Shown here: piece by piece, positions 36,994 through 49,719 of the stretch
Layout: each line of letters begins with the position of its first letter
How positions within the stretch are numbered: the first letter of the stretch is position 1
Origin: Hemiscyllium ocellatum
Taxonomy: Eukaryota
DNA: 64,000 nucleotides
Direction of reading: 5' to 3'
Assembly: GCF_020745735.1 (NCBI RefSeq)
Contig: NC_083429.1
Coordinates: forward strand, 55,843,877-55,907,876
The notes under the pieces: generated by a model
Told to the model about the DNA's origin: nothing
The model's input: the letters and a program-made list of their open reading frames with translations, nothing else
The model's database searches: none
Position numbers and translations under genes: made by a program

Positions 36994-38956
36994 GTAAGTA
37001 TGATGAAAGATAGCAAGCCTTTCACAAATACCCTGCAATTCATGACCTCGGAATGTTACAATGACCTTAGAGTCAATGAAATAATTTTGTTTCAATAAAA
37101 GAAACACAACAGACAATTTGAACAGAGGAAGTTACCACAAATATATGAACAATGAGATTAATAACTAACTCTCTTGTTTTGGTATTGTTGATTGATTGTT
37201 AAAAATTGATGAGGACACCCTGGATTGTTTATCTCCACCTGAAATACTCTTGAGTTTGTGGTTTTGCTATTTGGTACCTCATGACCTAGCAATGCTACTC
37301 TGCAAACCAGTGGCTTCAGTTACAAGTCTCTAATGCCTGGATTCTCACCCCTAAACCTCGCTCTACCTTAGATTTCTTCTTTAAAGTGATTCATAAAGTT
37401 TACTTCTTTAACAAAACTTTTATCACCTGTCTGAGGCAATATTGTGTTTTTATTTGGTTACATTCCTGTGGAGTACCTTGGTACATTGTGTTGTAGTACA
37501 GGTGCTATTTAAATGTATGTACTGTATTGTAAATGCAGTGTTAGCTCAATAATGTCTTACTCCATTCACACTAAATTTTATTTTCAGGGTGTGTCCAATA
37601 CTGACACAGCTGTTTATAATTGATGCCTCTGATTATTCTCACATTATAGCTGATGTAGAGTATTGTAACATCTCCACAGGAAAGCTACTGGAATAAAATA
37701 AAGCCAAAAAGTGCTGGAGAAACTCAGCAGGGTTTGACCGCACTATAGAGAGAGTGACCCTTTCGGCTCTGATACAGTTTTTCAGAGCAGATTGGATTGA
37801 TGTTTAGTTTAAGAGCTTTCGCCTACTGAAATCGGCTTTTATCTGAGTAAAGCATGGACGTTGCATGATTTTGATGTAACATTTTTAAATGTGGAAAACA
37901 TTAGTCCAAATGGAAGACAGTGAACAGAAAGAGAAACAAGGAATGGCATACATGTAGAATGTAAGTGTAGGACTAGGTTAGACACTGTAGGGTTCTTTAT
38001 GCAGAGAAGCATCTGAAATGACATGGCAACAGACATCGATAAATAAACATCTGTGATTGTTAGTCAGTCACTTTGATGAGCAGCAGTTTGCCTGGTGACC
38101 CTGAGAGAAATGGGGCAGTTACATTGCAGAAATAGGATAATACGGCACAGGTACAACAGTTGGTAGAACACCTTTGGCCTGACATAATGAACATCGTCAC
38201 AGAAAAATGGTAATTATTGAATGTAAACATCTAAGGTTCACACTGTTCACCTTCAATATCTCAGGAATTGCAGGATGCAGTGCAAATTAATCTTGTGATG
38301 AGTCTATTGATTAGTCTACAAGAATTGCAGATGTGAAACTCCTTGGGAGAGAATGTTGGGAATAATGGGCCTACGCTTCTGAAGCAGAGTTATTGGACTC
38401 AAAGCATTAACTCTATGGCCCTGTCTGCATGTAATGCTGGCAGACCTGCTGAGTTTTTCCAGCACTTGTTTTTAATTCGGACTTCCAGAATTCTCAATAC
38501 TTTGCTTTTGTAATGTAGCCCTAAAGTTATTCAGATTCCAAGCACATTTCATTCACCTCATACTATGTCTCAAGTTACTGCATACTCAGTCTGACAATGT
38601 TTATTTATAAACTGTAACCATCATTGCCCGGGGAGTCTAGGTCAACCGATTAACCACACTGTCTCTAAAATAATACTTTTGCAGACTAGTTTTGATTTTC
38701 TCTCCTTCAAGTCCAGACATCTCTTCTGGTTCCACTGCACAGGAGTGAGGTAAAATAGTTCGTCAACGATGGGACACTCGTGCAGTAGGCAGCCAGCTAT
38801 TGCAACAGAATGATTTCCAAAACACTTAGACACTGCACTGAGAGGCCTTGAGATCTTTAGATCGATGAAATCCTCACTTGGCCATTCAGCCCTCACTATC
38901 TTTGTAGTATTATGCTGTTCTGATATCAATCACTAGCTGCTATTTGTATTTTTCAG

Positions 38957-39164
38957 GGAGACTGTGAAACTGGACGTATTGAAGCAGCTGCCAGCTGTGA
39001 CAATATTAGACACACTCCTGGAGGAAGCTGTCAGTGAGGTGACTGTGGGATTGATCCAAAAAGTTGTTGAAGAACTTGTTGAGAATCACCTGACCAACAC
39101 AGCTATTAATGATTCTCTGACAGAGCTCATAGTGGAGACGGTTGAGCCAATGGTGCCACAGCTT
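38957..39164 (+). CDS. Uncharacterised gene exon (ETVKLDVLKQLPAVTILDTLLEEAVSEV...VEPMVPQL)
   Basis: 208 nt, tttttcag acceptor and gtgggt donor, phase 2-0; matches ORF 38964-39182. Confidence 0.88.
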
Positions 39165-39560
39165 GTGGGTATCATTAAATAATCTTTTCAGAGAGTTTTG
39201 TTTTATTTTAAAATCGTTTGTCTCATAGTGAAACAGTGATTTGTTGAATTGTCCTTGTTTTTATTGTTTCATGGAATGTGGGTGTCACTGGCAACCTCCA
39301 CATTTGTTGTGTGTCCCTATTTGCCTTTTATCTGAGGCAGTTGAGAGTCAACCACTTTACTTTGGGTCTGGAGTCATAGGCAGACCAGAGAAGGGTGTTT
39401 GATTTCCTTCCCGAAAGGATATTAGTGATCCTAGTGGGCTTTAATACAATCAATGGTCATTGTTACTGAATAAATTAAATTCCAGATTATTAATTGAATT
39501 CAAATTCCACTAGCTGCTGTGATGAGAATTGAACTCTCATTCCCAAAAAGGATTAATTTA

Positions 39561-41185
39561 TTGTAGTTCTGTTTGCCGAGCTGGGAATTTGTGTTGCAGA
39601 TGTTTCGTCCCCTGTCTAAGTGACACCCTCAGTGCTTGGGAGCCTCCTGTGAAGCGCTTCTGTGATCTTTCCTCCGGCATTTATAGTGGCTTGTCTCTGC
39701 CGCTTCTGGTTGTCAGTTGCTGTCCGCTGCAGTGGCCGGTATATTGGGTCCAGGTCGATGTGCTTATTGATTGAATCTGTGGATGAGTGCCATGCCTCTA
39801 GGAATTCCCTGGCTATTCTCTGTTTGGCCTGCCCTATAATAGTAGTGTTGTCCCAGTTGAATTCATGTTGCTTGTCATCTGCATGTGTGGCTACTAAGGA
39901 TAGCTGGTCGTGTCGTTTCGTGGCTAGTTGGTGTTCATGGATGCGGATCGTTAGCTGTCTTTCTGTTTGTCCTATGTAGTGTTTTGTGCAGTCCTTGCAT
40001 GGGATTTTGTACACTACATTGGTTTTGCTCATGCTGGGTATCGGGCCCTTTGTCCTGGTGAGTTGTTGTCTGAGAGTGGCTGTTGGTTTGTGTGCTGTTA
40101 TGAGTCCTAGTGGTCGCTGTAGTCTGGCTGTCAGTTCGGATTACCTTTGTAATCATAGAGAACACACACCGGATCATCAACCCCACACTCACAGGAATCC
40201 GATTCAGTAGAGAGGAAGAAAAGGACAACCAGCTCCCATTCCTAGACGTGATGGTACAGAGAACACCGAACGGAGAATTCAGCACAAAGGTATACAGAAA
40301 AGCCGCACACACAGACCAAGTCCTGAACTATGAAAGCAACCACCCCAACACACACAAAAGAAGTTGCATCAAGACACTATTCAAAAGGGCCACAACACAC
40401 TGCAGTACACCAGAACTGCAAAAAGAGGAAGAAAACACCTAAATTGTATTCACCAAAAACGGATACCCGCGCAATTTCATCAACAGATGCCTAAGGGAAA
40501 GACAACGGAACAAGGACATGCAACAACCGAAAGGACTAGCCACGCTACCACACATCAGGAGCATTTCCGAACTGACAGCCAGACTGCTGCGACCACTAAG
40601 ACTCATAACAGCACACAAACCAACAGCCACTCTCAGACAACAACTCACCAGGACGAAGGACCCGATACCCAGCATGAGCAAAACCAGTGTAGTGTACAAA
40701 ATCCCATGCAAGGACTGCACAAAACACTACATAGGACAAACAGAAAGACAGCTAACGAGCCGCATCCATGGACACCAACTAGCCACGAAACGACACGACC
40801 AGCTATCCTTAGTAGCCACACATGCAGATGACAAGCAACATGAAGTCGACTGGGACAACACTACTATTATAGGACAAGCCAAACAGAGAACAGCCAGGGA
40901 ATTCCTAGTGGCATGGCACTCATACAGATTCAATCAATAAGCACATCGACCTGGGCCCAATATACCGTCCACTGCAGCGGACAGCTGGAACTGACAACCA
41001 GAAGCAACAGATTCAAACCACTACAAATGCCGGAGGAAACATCTCAGAAGCGCTTCACAGGAGGCTCCCACGCTCTGAGGATGTCACCTAGACAGGGGAC
41101 GAAACGTCTGCAACACAAATTCCCAGCTCGGCGAACAGAACCACAACAACGAGCACCCGAGCTACAAATCTTCTCACAAACTTTG
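39561..41185 (+). mobile_element. Penelope-like retroelement, 5'-truncated with an inverted 3' copy (39561-40138)
   Basis: RT thumb (QLPFLDV, TKVYRKAAHTDQVLNYESNHP) and GIY-YIG endonuclease (VVYKIPCKDCTKHYIGQT); 13-bp TSD AAGGATTAATTTA at 39548-39560 and 41186-41198. Confidence 0.93.
41071..41111 (+). ncRNA. Hammerhead ribozyme motif in the PLE pLTR
   Basis: CTGAGGA-T-GTCACCT AGAC AGGGGAC-GAAA-CGTC-TGC; stem I is gca/tgc in sister copies, with one mismatch here. Confidence 0.65.
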
Positions 41186-41215
41186 AAGGATTAATTTAGG
41201 CCTCTAGATTACTAA

Positions 41216-41378
41216 GGGTTGAAAGTGAGGACTGCAGATGCTGGAGATCGGAGTCAAGATTAGAGTGGTGCTGGAAAAGCAGGTCAGGCAGCATCCAAGG
41301 AGCAGGAAAATCGATGTTTCAGGCAGGAGCCCTTCATCAGGAATGAGTGGTGCTTTTCCAGCACCACTCTAATCTTGA
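41216..41378. mobile_element. PLE-derived short element with a partial inverted arm
   Basis: TSD CTCT(A/G)GATTACTAA at 41202-41215 and 41379-41392. Confidence 0.75.
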
Positions 41379-42186
41379 CTCTGGATTACTAATCCAGTCA
41401 CATGTCCACTCTACCACAGTCTGCCCTCTATTCCCATACCCCCACACGTGTACAATACTATTATAATAAAATGTGGGCTGTTTTTCTTTGACACATGCAT
41501 TCAATGTGAATATGAAGATGCAGCCAGTGTAGCAGTCTGCATTATTCCACAATCAGCTGTATTGAGGTATCAATCCATGGTTCATGATCCTTTTGACAGA
41601 AGGAGCTTTCATTTATAGAGCTGTGTAATTGGATCTCCTAAAATACTTTACAGCCAATGAAATATATTTTGAATTAGTCTCTGTTCCAACATGGGGACGT
41701 GCAACAATCAATTTTCACACAATGAGATGGTATTACTGATTGAAAGAGAAATATTAGACCGACGTTCCTGTTGCTTTTTGAATATTGTGATGGGAGTACT
41801 TCTATTTGCTCTCTTATCTAAAAGACGGTGTCACTGACGGTGCAGCATTCCATCAAGTTACCTGACATGCTCATGTCTCCAAACTGGAGCTCAAGCTAGT
41901 AACCTCTGATTCACGCCGACTTCATGTTTGGGTCAAGTGACCCTTCTTCAGAACTCGATCCAAAACATGAACACTATTTTCTCTTCACAATGCTGCCAGA
42001 CGTGCTGAGGTTTTCCCAGCGATTTCTGCTTTTGCTTTTGAAATCCAGTATCAGCAGTTCTTTTTTTAACCTCTGATTCAGTGCTGAGAGTGAAACCCAG
42101 GCTGACACTTAGTTTTATCAACGCTGTTTGTAGAGACATTCTTCTTGGTCTGTTATTCTTCCTTTCACCAACTCTATCAGAAACAG

Positions 42187-42353
42187 AGGCAAGAGTGTGA
42201 TGCTGGAAAAACAGGTCAACATTTCGGGCATAAGCCCTTCATCATGCCTGAAACGTCAATTGTCCTGCTGCTTGGATGCTGCCTGACCTGCTGTGCTTTT
42301 CCAGCACCACACTCTCGACTCTGATCTCCAGCATCTGCACACCTCACTTTCTC
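42187..42353. mobile_element. PLE-derived short element with a partial inverted arm
   Basis: 15-bp TSD CTCTATCAGAAACAG at 42172-42186 and 42354-42368. Confidence 0.78.
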
Positions 42354-42615
42354 CTCTATCAGAAACAGTCTAATTGGCCATTAGTTTAATCACAGCCTGT
42401 AGGTGTCGCTGTTGCACAGTATTTGCTGGATTCTCTGAGCCTCAGTCAATGCATCCACAGTATATCATTGCATTTAAAGTTCGTTTGAGATGTTTCTGTG
42501 TAACATGGTAATTAGAGAACTTTCTTTATCCTGCTTCCTTGCATTGTCATGTACACTAATGCTATTTTGAGGAACTGCCAAGAATGAGTAGTAACTTGTG
42601 TTTTGAATACTGCAG

Positions 42616-42762
42616 GTGAAAGAGACTGTAAATGAAACATTGCTGGAGGGAATCCTGCAGGAAGACATCCTGCCGGAGGTACTGGATGAGGAAATGAGGA
42701 ATGTTGCAGTGTTACTGCTGAGTGAATATGACACTGAAACACATGAAGAGCAACAGCAGGCT
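42616..42762 (+). CDS. Uncharacterised gene exon (VKETVNETLLEGILQEDILPEVLDEEMRNVAVLLLSEYDTETHEEQQQA)
   Basis: 147 nt, tgcag acceptor and gtaagt donor, phase 0-0. Confidence 0.9.
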
Positions 42763-43859
42763 GTAAGTGAAAGAGCAGGGTATTGTCTTTTTGATCACCA
42801 TGGTTATCATCTTTCATGTCATACTTAAATGATGACTATCAAGGTATTTATTTTTAAAAGAAGTTATCTAATATATTAGTGCTTGCCATCTGATAAGAGG
42901 CCAATGTGGTTTAGCATTATTAAACCAGCTATAGTAAGCAGTCCAGTTTGTATTGTACAGTTTGCCTTCATGGTAGTATCCCTATGGTGAAGTTACACCT
43001 ATCTGGTCAGCAGGGCAAATTTGGATCATACTGTTGTCGGATAATTGATTGGTAATTCTTTTGAAGGCTTGTCTATGAGAAGTAGCACTTGGGCAAGATA
43101 TCGTGCATGTCTGCCAGGGATCTGTGAAAAGATTAACGGCTCAGGGCTGAACTGGAAAAAGCTTTAACCAGTTTTAAGGAATTCCAGAGGCAGTGGGAAA
43201 GGAATGAAACAGAAGATCTGTGATAAAATGGAGAGCAAGAGAGATTAAATTACTCAGGAAATGGGAGAATTAAGAAAGATGTATGAAGATGGGATGTAAA
43301 TGATCTTCTCTGGAAAAGTGCAATGTACTTATGACCTGGAATTTGCTGAACTTTGTGTTGAGTCCATAAGGCAGTGAACTTCCTAACTGAACAGTGAGGT
43401 GCTGTTTTTCATGTTCCTGGTGAGCTTTGTGGTCAGAACATCAGCAGGGTCTGTGGCTTGAGAAGATAGCTGGGCAAGTTGGGAGGGTAAAATGAGTTAA
43501 GGGATTATGATTTAAATGGATGGATCAATAATTAATTAATCGGTGGGGAACAGAACAAGAGCAATAGCACAGAAAGCGTTATAGACTGCAAGAAATCAGA
43601 GGAACAATGGAGAGTTAGAGATGAACTGGATCCAAAGGTCTCCAGGTTTTTAATGCAGTGCAGTGCCATGATGCATTCAAGTTTTGATTCAGCAATGTCT
43701 GTGGAATCAGGGAAACTGATTTGAAATAAATTAAGAGTTTGACACAAAGGGGTCTTTGTCATGTGCTACAGCCAGTGTTGTGTGCTGGGTCACTGAGAAG
43801 ATTAGGGAGTGAGCTCTTACAAAATGGTTTGCTCTTTTTTCACAAACCTCCCAAGAAAT

Positions 43860-44170
43860 GGGCGGCATGGTGGTACAGTGGTTAGCACTGCTGCCTCACA
43901 GCACCAGAGACCCAGGTTCAGTTCCCGACTCAGGCGACTGACTGTGTGGAGTTTGCACATTCTCCCCGTGTCTGCGTGGGTTTCCTCCGGGTGCTCTGGT
44001 TTCCTCCCACAGTCCAATGATGTGCGGGTCAGGTGAATTGGCCATGCTAAATTGCCCGTAGTGTTAGGTGAAGGGGTAAATGTAGGGGAATGGATGGGTT
44101 GCGCTTCGGTGGGTCGGGTGGACTTGTTGGGCCGAAGGGCCTGTTTCCACACTGTAAGTAATCTAATCTA
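43860..44170 (+). mobile_element. Young HE1-type V-SINE
   Basis: Full-length, ending taatctaatcta. Confidence 0.92.
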
Positions 44171-45047
44171 AAAAAAAATGGGGTTGAGGCACAGACCCAC
44201 CGTCAGCTAATTGGACTCGGACAGTCTGCTGGAGCTATCCAGGCCATGACATCCACGCTGTCTGATTATGGGACTACCCAATTCCTGTCATTGCAGTGTT
44301 CCTTCCCTGTACTCCTGTCATCTTTTTCTCTCCATTACTTTATTAAATTGTCTTTTGAAAGTTAGTATTGAATCGCCTCATATTACCATTCCAGGCAACT
44401 GTTGCAAATTATAACAACTCCGTGTAAATTAAATATTCCCCTTTGTTGCCTCCGGCTCTCTATCCAACCATGTCTCCTCTCATTACTGACTTTTTCATCC
44501 ATCAAAGAAGTTTTTTTCCTCATTTACTCGATCAAAACTTTTCACCATTTGAATGCTTTTATCAAACCTCCTCTTAGCCGTCTCTGCTTTCAGGAGAGCA
44601 AGCCTGGTTTCTGCCACCCTTCCCCATTACTGAAATTGCTCATTTAGGGAATAATCTAGGGAACTTCTTCTGCAGCCTGAACATCTTCTTAAAATCGATA
44701 TACCAATAGGCTCAAGAGACTTGATGACTACCTCATGTTCCTATTTTCACCTCCACAAACTATGAACAGTTGCCCTGTTGGAAGGGGATGGAAAGAGCTT
44801 TAGATGGAAAGGTCCATTTGGGCCCCACCGTCTTTGGCAGTTTCGGGTGACATAATGGGTACAGTCTGAAGACACCTAAAAGTGTTAAATTGGAATTAGC
44901 CTTGGCTGGGTTAGGATTACCTCTGAACGGGAAAAGATGCATACAATTGTGAAAGAAATATGGCAATGAGATCAAGGTACATCACTTTTCAGTAATGTAA
45001 TAGCAAGCACTTTCATAGTCTGGTAATTAACACACATTTTTCTGCAG

Positions 45048-45168
45048 GTGAGCACAAATGCTGACCAGAGACTCCTTGATATGTTCCTCTTGGAGGGTCT
45101 TTTGAAGATTCTCAGGAACCAGGGGAGAGAATTGTCTGAAATGATTGAGCTGGACAGGCTATTAGACG
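45048..45168 (+). CDS. Uncharacterised gene exon (VSTNADQRLLDMFLLEGLLKILRNQGRELSEMIELDRLLDG)
   Basis: 121 nt, ttttctgcag acceptor and gtgagt donor, phase 0-1. Confidence 0.9.
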
Positions 45169-46550
45169 GTGAGTTGTTCTATTCTCCACATATTCATGCA
45201 TTATTACTCTCCAGGCAACTGAGCACAGGGTGGCAGGGTATGGAGAAATGTCTGAGTGTCCTAATCCAACACACACACCCTCAAATTCGTCTACACCTTA
45301 GTGAAAGCATCTGCAGAGGTCAATGTTTTCCCAAGAAAATAAAAGGAAAATCCAAGGGTTTAAGGAACCACTGACAGCATTCTCTTTAGTAGCAAACATT
45401 TGAGAGATTATTGCAAAATATCAGAATGACTTTGGAACTCAAACCTCTCTGTTGTGTGAAAAAGAAGAGAGAATTTAAATGAAACAGGGAGATTTTTATT
45501 TAAACCAAGGAACCGTGCTTCATTTTCAATAATGTGAGTTTGTATCCTAAATAAATTTGGCATAAATATTAAGATTAGTAACTGTCAAATTGTGATAAAG
45601 CCTAATCCTTTTTTTAGGGAAGGAAATCTTACCTTAACATTGTTTTAAGAAGTTATTACCTGGTATGATTATATGTGACTCCAAACCTACAGGCAATTAG
45701 TTGATGTTTAACTGCCTACTAAAATGGCCTAACAAGCTACTGGGTGTATTGAAGAAGGGAGCTCACCTCCATTTTCTCAAGGCAGTTTAGGCATGGGAAT
45801 GAAATGCTGGCCTTGTCAGCCACAGTCCCATCTAAAAGTGAAGGTAGAACACATGAGGCCAGGCTGCTCACGCTGTTAGACTGAGTCTGCACTGGAAGGA
45901 CAATCTCAATACAGTGACAACATGTTCCCATTATAGATGTAGACCTAGGAATTTCTAAAGGAAATAGAAAGAGCACAAGCCAACATTAGGCCAGATGTTC
46001 CAGCCTCTTGATGGTTGGCGACTGGTCACATTCTTGAAGATGAGCTTTAGGACTGGGAAGCCCTGACTTGCATCTGGAATATCTGAAATACTTCAACTTC
46101 ACAGGGCAGTTCCCCTGACCCCCAGGACCCCCTGTGAATGTATCTGCATTTGAACTACAGTTGGAGATTTCAGACATTTCCACAATCCTTACCTAGATTG
46201 TCACCCAAAAAATGTCTGAGAGTCTGATATCCCTGAACCTAATGACCACACTTTCTCATCTGCTCAGGCCTCTGTAAGAAACGACAGCAAGGACAGGCTG
46301 TTTAGCCCGTCAGTCATGCTCAGCTGTTCAGCCTGATCACAAAGATCAGTCTGTGATGTTAACTCCCACATTCCAGCCTGCCCTTCTTGAGTACAGTATC
46401 ATACAGCATTGACTGAAATGGCGAGCAGCTCATCGAGATGCAACCAGCTTTACCACAACTCTCGAGAAACTTCACCCTGAACGTTGCGTTAATTTCATCA
46501 TCGGTTTGCAGGTCTGTGACTTAGAATATACTCTGCCCTCCCTTTTGCAG

Positions 46551-46663
46551 GTTGGATGCTTGATGTCCTTATCAGGCAATATCTGAACATTACCCAACAC
46601 TGTTGTTTAATTACTGACAATGTGGCGCTGAAGGATTACCACAGAAAGGCTTTCACTGACGTG
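46551..46663 (+). CDS. Uncharacterised gene exon (WMLDVLIRQYLNITQHCCLITDNVALKDYHRKAFTDV)
   Basis: 113 nt, ccttttgcag acceptor and gtaagt donor, phase 1-0. Confidence 0.9.
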
Positions 46664-47339
46664 GTAAGTGCATGTGCCTTCCACTTTATTCTGAATATTT
46701 CCCTCCTTAAAAGCTACTGATTTGTTTTGTTTTTCTCTCAGGAGTTTTGTTTACAGCCGCAACTTGTGGGTAAGGGCTTTTAAGGATTTAGGAATGAAGG
46801 ACTTCGATTTCACAAGCTACCATCAACGACAACCAACAGAGAGTTTCCTCTAGGCTATCTCCATCCAGCACTCCTGTGACCGGGTTTGATGCAGAGCAAA
46901 ACTGCCTCTACATTGTTGTTCAATTTAATCTGGTTCACCACCATCCTCAGAAGAACATACACCTCAGTTCCAATACACTTGCCCTGTACATTGGGAGAAA
47001 CAGCCATATCAGGAGGTTCTGTGTTTCACATCCAATGTAGTGCAGTGTTAATTGACATGAACACTTTCCATAGGCTTCTTAAAACCTGCAGACAAGAATC
47101 TTTATTGTATTGAGGCATTGCTTGGTGGTAGGGCTTAGTTTCTCTGTCATAGGATGGGGTGGCAACCACTTATAGTCCCCTTCTATGTGATTCTTCGATT
47201 TTATTTTCTCTAATTAAAGGAATTATTCAAAATTCCCAGGGGTAGGAACAAAGAGAGACCCAATGTAAAAGGCAAGTGTTCACCTACATGGTGACTGTCA
47301 GGTGTTGACCCATCAGTAATGGCTCTCTGTCTTGTGCAG

Positions 47340-47465
47340 GTGCTGGATGTGATCTTGTCAGAGCTGAGTGAACACGTGGATGAAGACCTGGCCGATCTCT
47401 TCCAGTACGAACAGCAAATGGAGGAGAGAAACTTAATCGCAGACAGTGGTTATCAGGGGGTCTGA
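47340..47465 (+). CDS. Uncharacterised gene, last coding exon (VLDVILSELSEHVDEDLADLFQYEQQMEERNLIADSGYQGV*)
   Basis: 126 nt to TGA; cttgtgcag acceptor; phase 0. Confidence 0.9.
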   Translation: MLDVILSELSEHVDEDLADLFQYEQQMEERNLIADSGYQGV

Positions 47466-49513
47466 GATCGAGGGGTGTCCGAGATGGGGTGGTGGTGTTA
47501 TTGGGGTGTCTGACACAAGGGCAGTAGTGTGTGGGTCTACAGTTTTAAATCATTATATTTTTGCAATTTATCTTTTGAACTTTATGTAAACAAGAAGTCT
47601 CACTTCGTAAACATTGATTTAACCCAAAAGTGGCTGTGATTTGATGTCAAACTAGTTAATTATGTAGATATATTTTATAGCTATGAATTTTTTTTAGCTT
47701 GTTTCTAATGATTTCAAACATAGCTGATATTTTAACTTGGTATTTTCCCCTCTGCCCCAATGTTTACATAAGAATTATTTTGGCATTGTTTAAACAGAGG
47801 AGTTGACCTAACTGTATTGATCCTATTACCCTTGTCCTGCATGCTGGAGAATAACTAGCCTTCCATGGTGTGGCCAGTGAACTAGAGTTTGACTTGATAA
47901 GCAGGGTACAGGTGGGAGACATTATCATGGATTGGTCAACAAACTGATACAGGTTTTGGTAAGTCTGCGAGAGATAACACTCCTGCTTTGATCAGATCTT
48001 CTGTTTCAAGAAACTCTTACGGACATCTTGAACTTGGACGAAGCCAGAAATTTGGCAAACGACTGCCGCAGCCGGATTGTAGGAGGGAAGTGTCTGCCCA
48101 GAGAATCCAGCCCCAAGAACTGTTCTGTGGGGACTTGGTCTAATCTTTTCCAAAAGTTGTTTTATTATTTTAGACACTTGACTTGGACAGACTAATTTAG
48201 GGTTCTTTTTACCATTTTGGATCATGTTTAGACTGGTTTGGGATTCACAGATTCCTACAGCGCCCTTCAACCCGTTAAGTCTGCAACAACATAATAACCA
48301 CTAAAAGTATGCTAATCCCTATTTCCTGCATGTGTTCCTTATCTTTGAATGTGATGATACTTGAAGTACTCATCTAATTTTTTTTAAAAAAGGTTGTAAG
48401 ATTTCCAGCCTCCACTCCCTCCCCAGGCAGTGCATTCCAGATTCCCACACCTACCGAGTGAAAATGGTTTCTTCTCAAATCCTCTCTCTATCTGTTACAC
48501 ATTACCCTAAAACTATGCCCTTTCATCTTGATGCCTCAACCCAGGGGAACAGCTGATGTCTCTTCAGTCTGTCCAAAACCCTCATAACATTATTTGAATC
48601 ATGTCCCCCCTCAGCCTTCTCTGCTCTAGAGAAAACAAACCAACCCTTTGTAGTCTCTCTTTGTAGTCTCAGTTTCTCCATCCCTGGCAACGTCCTGGTG
48701 AACCTCCTGTACGCCCCCCACCCCACCCCCACCAGTGCTAGCCTTCCTACATTGAGATTTAATGTTTGTGCTATGACAAAGTTGCATTTCTTACTTTCTA
48801 CAAGGTCTTCTGTTTCCTTTAAATTATCTTCCTTTTGTAATAATTTAGCATTTAACATTTCACTCTTGTTGTAACATTGTATCCAATAAAATGGTTGTAC
48901 TAACACGTTCCAGGGAATTGTCACTCATTCCTGTGACATCCTGAATAATGTTCTTAATCTGAGGGAGAATCTGCAGGGAATCTGTCCTCCCGGCTGTCTG
49001 TGGAATATTGGGCTGACACAGCCAGTTTGGATTGCTTTCTTACATCTGGCCTGTGGATATTGGTCAAAAGACGGTTTTTACCTTTTAGAATTAATAATGT
49101 TGCCTCCAGTGAAAAAACTGTTCGAATCCCCTTGAACTTTGAATTAAGCTCCTTCACTTTTGGTGTTTGGTGCACAAAATTGAGAAAGGTTTGGAAATGA
49201 TAAGAGCTCACTTGACCATTCAGACTTTAAACTGCATTTACTAGTTTACCTATTATCAGTCACATCTACAATGAAGGTAGCACACAGTTATCACTGGTAC
49301 GTCCAGTCCTTTGTTATCGTAGCTAAACTTTACAAAGAGAATTGGTAGCCTCAGAATAGAAGTAGCCAAAACGCTTCCTGAAATGGCTGATCTCCAACTT
49401 CAATGAAATGGTAGCTCACTTGGACCCCCACAATTCGAGGGAAATGTCAGAATTTTGTTTTCTTTGGCATCATACAATTACCACAAAGAATATAAATTAT
49501 GAAATCCAGTTTT

Positions 49514-49604
49514 TTATTGTTCACTTTGAAAGACATCAGAGATTTGTTGGCCAATGCTCGTTAAGATCTCGGGCACCTTTTGAAGGGCACTGGAAAAAAA
49601 GTCC
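49514..49604 (-). CDS. Apolipoprotein C-III/C-I-like gene, last coding exon (DFFSSALQKVPEILTSIGQQISDVFQSEQ*)
   Basis: Strong ctctctttttttag acceptor, phase 2, amphipathic helix, TAA stop. Confidence 0.85.
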
Positions 49605-49719
49605 CTAAAAAAAGAGAGAATAATTACTGCAACATCAGTGACAAAGTACAGAGGGTGCTTTACTCCATATCCCCAAAGCCTGTCCATCGTCTACAAGGCA
49701 CAAGTCAGGAGTCTGATGG

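Noticed and set aside
37588-37659. Possible 72-nt symmetric cassette exon of the unnamed gene
   Set aside because: Good acceptor but weak donor (GA|gtattg), and it is not needed for frame continuity.
47992-49211. Minus-strand ORFs 47992-48270, 48523-48924 and 48954-49211 as a further gene
   Set aside because: No recognisable homology or consistent exon chain; one runs into CR1 sequence. More likely UTR or intergenic.
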